In this document: piece after piece, positions 34,732 to 36,740 of the stretch
Numbering within the stretch: position 1 is the stretch's first letter
Layout of the letters: the number at the start of each line of letters is the position of its first letter
IMG/VR virus record: IMGVR_UViG_3300020464_000011
Coordinates: 1 to 36,740 of that record
DNA: 36,740 nucleotides
Strand: one strand, 5' to 3'
Origin: a virus
Taxonomy: Duplodnaviria; Caudoviricetes
The notes under the pieces: model-generated
What the model was told of the DNA's origin: nothing
What the model saw: the letters and a program-made list of their open reading frames with translations, nothing else
Database searches by the model: none
Position numbers and translations under genes: made by a program

Positions 34732-35589
34732 ATGTCAACTCAAATTACTACCGCATTTGTGAACCAGTTTTCAGCAAATGTGACAATGCTTTCACAGCAG
34801 CAGGGTAGCTTGTTGCGTGATACAGTTGATTCCGAATCTGTAAATGGCGAGAAAGCCTTTTTCGATCAAATTGGATCAGCAGCGGCAGCTCTTAGAACGA
34901 CTCGTCATGGCGATACTCCGTTAATGGAAACACCACATGATCGCAGAATGGTCACGCTAAATGACTACGAATATGCTGACCTGATTGACGATCAAGACCG
35001 CATCAGAATGCTTGCCAGCCCCGAAAGCTCATATGCAAAGGCAGCCGCCAACGCATTGGGAAGGGCAATGGACGATGCAATTATTACAGCGTTCAATGCC
35101 TCTGCCAAAACAGGCAAGTCTGGCTCAACATCAACAGCGCTACCGGCTGGCAATGTTATTGCTCATGGTTCCGCTGGACTGACTGTTGCAAAGCTGATCA
35201 CAGCTAAAAAGCTACTTGATGCTGGTAGCGTTGATCCATCGATCAATCGTTACATTGTTGTCTCACCAGAGCAAATCGAAGATCTGTTGAACACAACATC
35301 AGTCACTAGCGCTGATTTCAATACCGTAAAAGCTCTTGCGACTGGAACTGTTGACTCCTTTGTTGGCTTTAAATTCATAGTTTCCAATAGGTTAAAGGAC
35401 GATGGAACCTCTCGGCAGTGCTATGCATGGGCTGAAGATGGAATGAAGCTGGCTATTGGTAAAGACATCAAAGCTGAGATCACCCAGCGTCCTGATAAAT
35501 CTTACGCAACTCAAGTCTATTATTGTGCCTCATTTGGTGCAACGAGGATGGAAGAAGCCAAAGTAATTCAGGTGCTATGTAACGAGTAA
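34732..35589 (+). CDS. Major capsid protein
   Basis: MSTQITTAFVNQF..QQQGSLLR..TPHDRR..ADLIDDQD..GRAMDD..FGATRMEEAKV; GGAGG RBS. Confidence 0.93.
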   Translation: MSTQITTAFVNQFSANVTMLSQQQGSLLRDTVDSESVNGEKAFFDQIGSAAAALRTTRHGDTPLMETPHDRRMVTLNDYEYADLIDDQDRIRMLASPESSYAKAAANALGRAMDDAIITAFNASAKTGKSGSTSTALPAGNVIAHGSAGLTVAKLITAKKLLDAGSVDPSINRYIVVSPEQIEDLLNTTSVTSADFNTVKALATGTVDSFVGFKFIVSNRLKDDGTSRQCYAWAEDGMKLAIGKDIKAEITQRPDKSYATQVYYCASFGATRMEEAKVIQVLCNE

Positions 35590-35623
35590 ACTGTTTTAAT
35601 ACAGTTAGTTAAAGGAGACTAAA

Positions 35624-36082
35624 ATGGGTACAGTTTATTCTGACCAGAAGACCAAGTGGGATCAAAACGATCCGACTGAGAAGATCAAGCCTATTGAGCA
35701 AGGTGGGCGTGTTCGTATTGCTTATGGAAGCTACACAGCTTCCGCTGAGCAATCAGACATCCACATGTTCAATTTGCCAAATGGAGCGCGGATCCTTAGT
35801 GGTCAGCTTGTCCATGCGGCACTTGGTTCATCAACAACATTGTCTGTTGGGCATGCTGAGTACAAAAATGCAGCCGGTACAACTGTTGCCGCTGATGTAG
35901 ATGAGTACAAAGCTGCTGCCGCCTCAACATCAATTTCCACTGTCGGTGCATGCTTAACCGCTGCACTGGGCCTAAATTCTGTGGTTGATGCTGATCAGGA
36001 TGGCATTCCAATTACTGTGAGCCTAGCTGGTGCCAACGGCACTGGCCTGATCGAACTCACAATGGAATATGTCCTAGACTAA
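35624..36082 (+). CDS. Capsid decoration / minor head protein
   Basis: 152 aa predicted beta-rich protein directly after the capsid gene; AAGGAG RBS. Confidence 0.6.
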   Translation: MGTVYSDQKTKWDQNDPTEKIKPIEQGGRVRIAYGSYTASAEQSDIHMFNLPNGARILSGQLVHAALGSSTTLSVGHAEYKNAAGTTVAADVDEYKAAAASTSISTVGACLTAALGLNSVVDADQDGIPITVSLAGANGTGLIELTMEYVLD

Positions 36083-36087
36083 AAAGC

Positions 36088-36140
36088 TTGGGTCAGGCGG
36101 TTAATACTCCCTTTCGTACCTTACGTTGCGTCTGACCCAA
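36088..36140 (+). other. Long-loop hairpin after the head genes
   Basis: TTGGGTCAGGCG pairs with CGTCTGACCCAA (one G-U) around a 29-nt loop. Confidence 0.65.
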
Positions 36141-36167
36141 CCCCCTTCTATTTAATGAGGTATAGCT

Positions 36168-36740
36168 ATGCCATCAGCCGTGGACATTTCTAATGCCGCG
36201 CTCAACACGCTTGGCGCGACAAACATCACAAGCCTGACTGAAGATTCAAAGGCTGGGCGTTTGATCAACCAGCGTTACGAGCTGGTGCGTGATGCTGTGT
36301 TTCGCAGTCATAATTGGAACAGTTTAATAAAACGCGCTGATTTGGCTCAGAACGCCGTTGCACCGGCTTTTGGCTATCTGCATCAATATACCTTGCCAAC
36401 CGACTGTCTGCGTGTCCTAGAGTTCAGCAATGGCACTCTGATGTATCCCCAAGACAATATGACCAGCAACAATGGTGGCCCGGTCTATGTCATTGAGGGC
36501 AGGGAGCTGCTGAGCGATGAGGGAACTGTCCTGATCAAATATATAGCGCGCATTGAAGATCCAAACCAGTATGACACGCTGTTGATCGATACGATTGCGG
36601 CCCGGCTGGCGATGGAGATCTGCTATGCCATTACCGGCAGCAATGCGATGATCAGTACAACCAAAGCGCTCTATGATGAAAAGATAAAGGAAGCCCGGTT
36701 TGTTGATGCCACCGAAGGTGCGGCGGCTAAGTTTGAAGCC
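36168..36740 (+). CDS. Tail tubular protein A / head-tail adaptor, 5' part (continues to 351)
   Basis: MPSAVDISNAALNTLGATNITSLTED..YELVRDAVFRSHNWN..YTLPTDCLRV; GAGG RBS; open to the window end. Confidence 0.88.
   Translation, partial: MPSAVDISNAALNTLGATNITSLTEDSKAGRLINQRYELVRDAVFRSHNWNSLIKRADLAQNAVAPAFGYLHQYTLPTDCLRVLEFSNGTLMYPQDNMTSNNGGPVYVIEGRELLSDEGTVLIKYIARIEDPNQYDTLLIDTIAARLAMEICYAITGSNAMISTTKALYDEKIKEARFVDATEGAAAKFEA
36417..36740. repeat. Terminal direct repeat, copy 2
   Basis: Matches 1-324. Confidence 0.97.

Noticed and set aside
35570-35623. Programmed frameshift or readthrough fusing capsid to the next gene (T7 10B style)
   Set aside because: No slippery sequence near the capsid stop, and the next gene has its own strong RBS; only a weak AACTGT/ACAGTT hairpin is present.

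Overview
The window is an essentially complete (~36.4 kb unit length) temperate podovirus genome in its excised or virion form, most likely infecting a marine alphaproteobacterium. The last 324 bp repeat the first 324 bp, so it circularises inside the tail tubular A gene. The T7/BPP-1-style virion module runs terS, terL, portal, scaffold, major capsid, decoration, tail tubular A/B, internal virion proteins, tail fibre, Gly-rich adhesin and an M15 lysis cluster. It is joined to a lambdoid-style control module: attP (3' half of tRNA-Asp), tyrosine integrase, Xis, Erf plus exonuclease, a cI/cro switch with five TG(A/T)CA-N5-TGTCA operators, and a putative late regulator. No RNA polymerase, DNA polymerase, primase or helicase is recognisable. 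The most striking observations are: (1) a near-exact copy of the attP arm-type repeat with an IHF-like site, 11 kb away between terS and terL; (2) two putative late promoters sharing a spacer motif, each followed immediately by an intrinsic terminator, one leader carrying an anti-Shine-Dalgarno CUCCUCCCC; (3) a candidate ejected protein with a GNAT-like effector C-terminus; (4) a twin internal-loop RNA structure ahead of the capsid gene; (5) a duplicated fibre tip suggesting a branched adhesin system. Family names are from motif recognition only; no searches were run.
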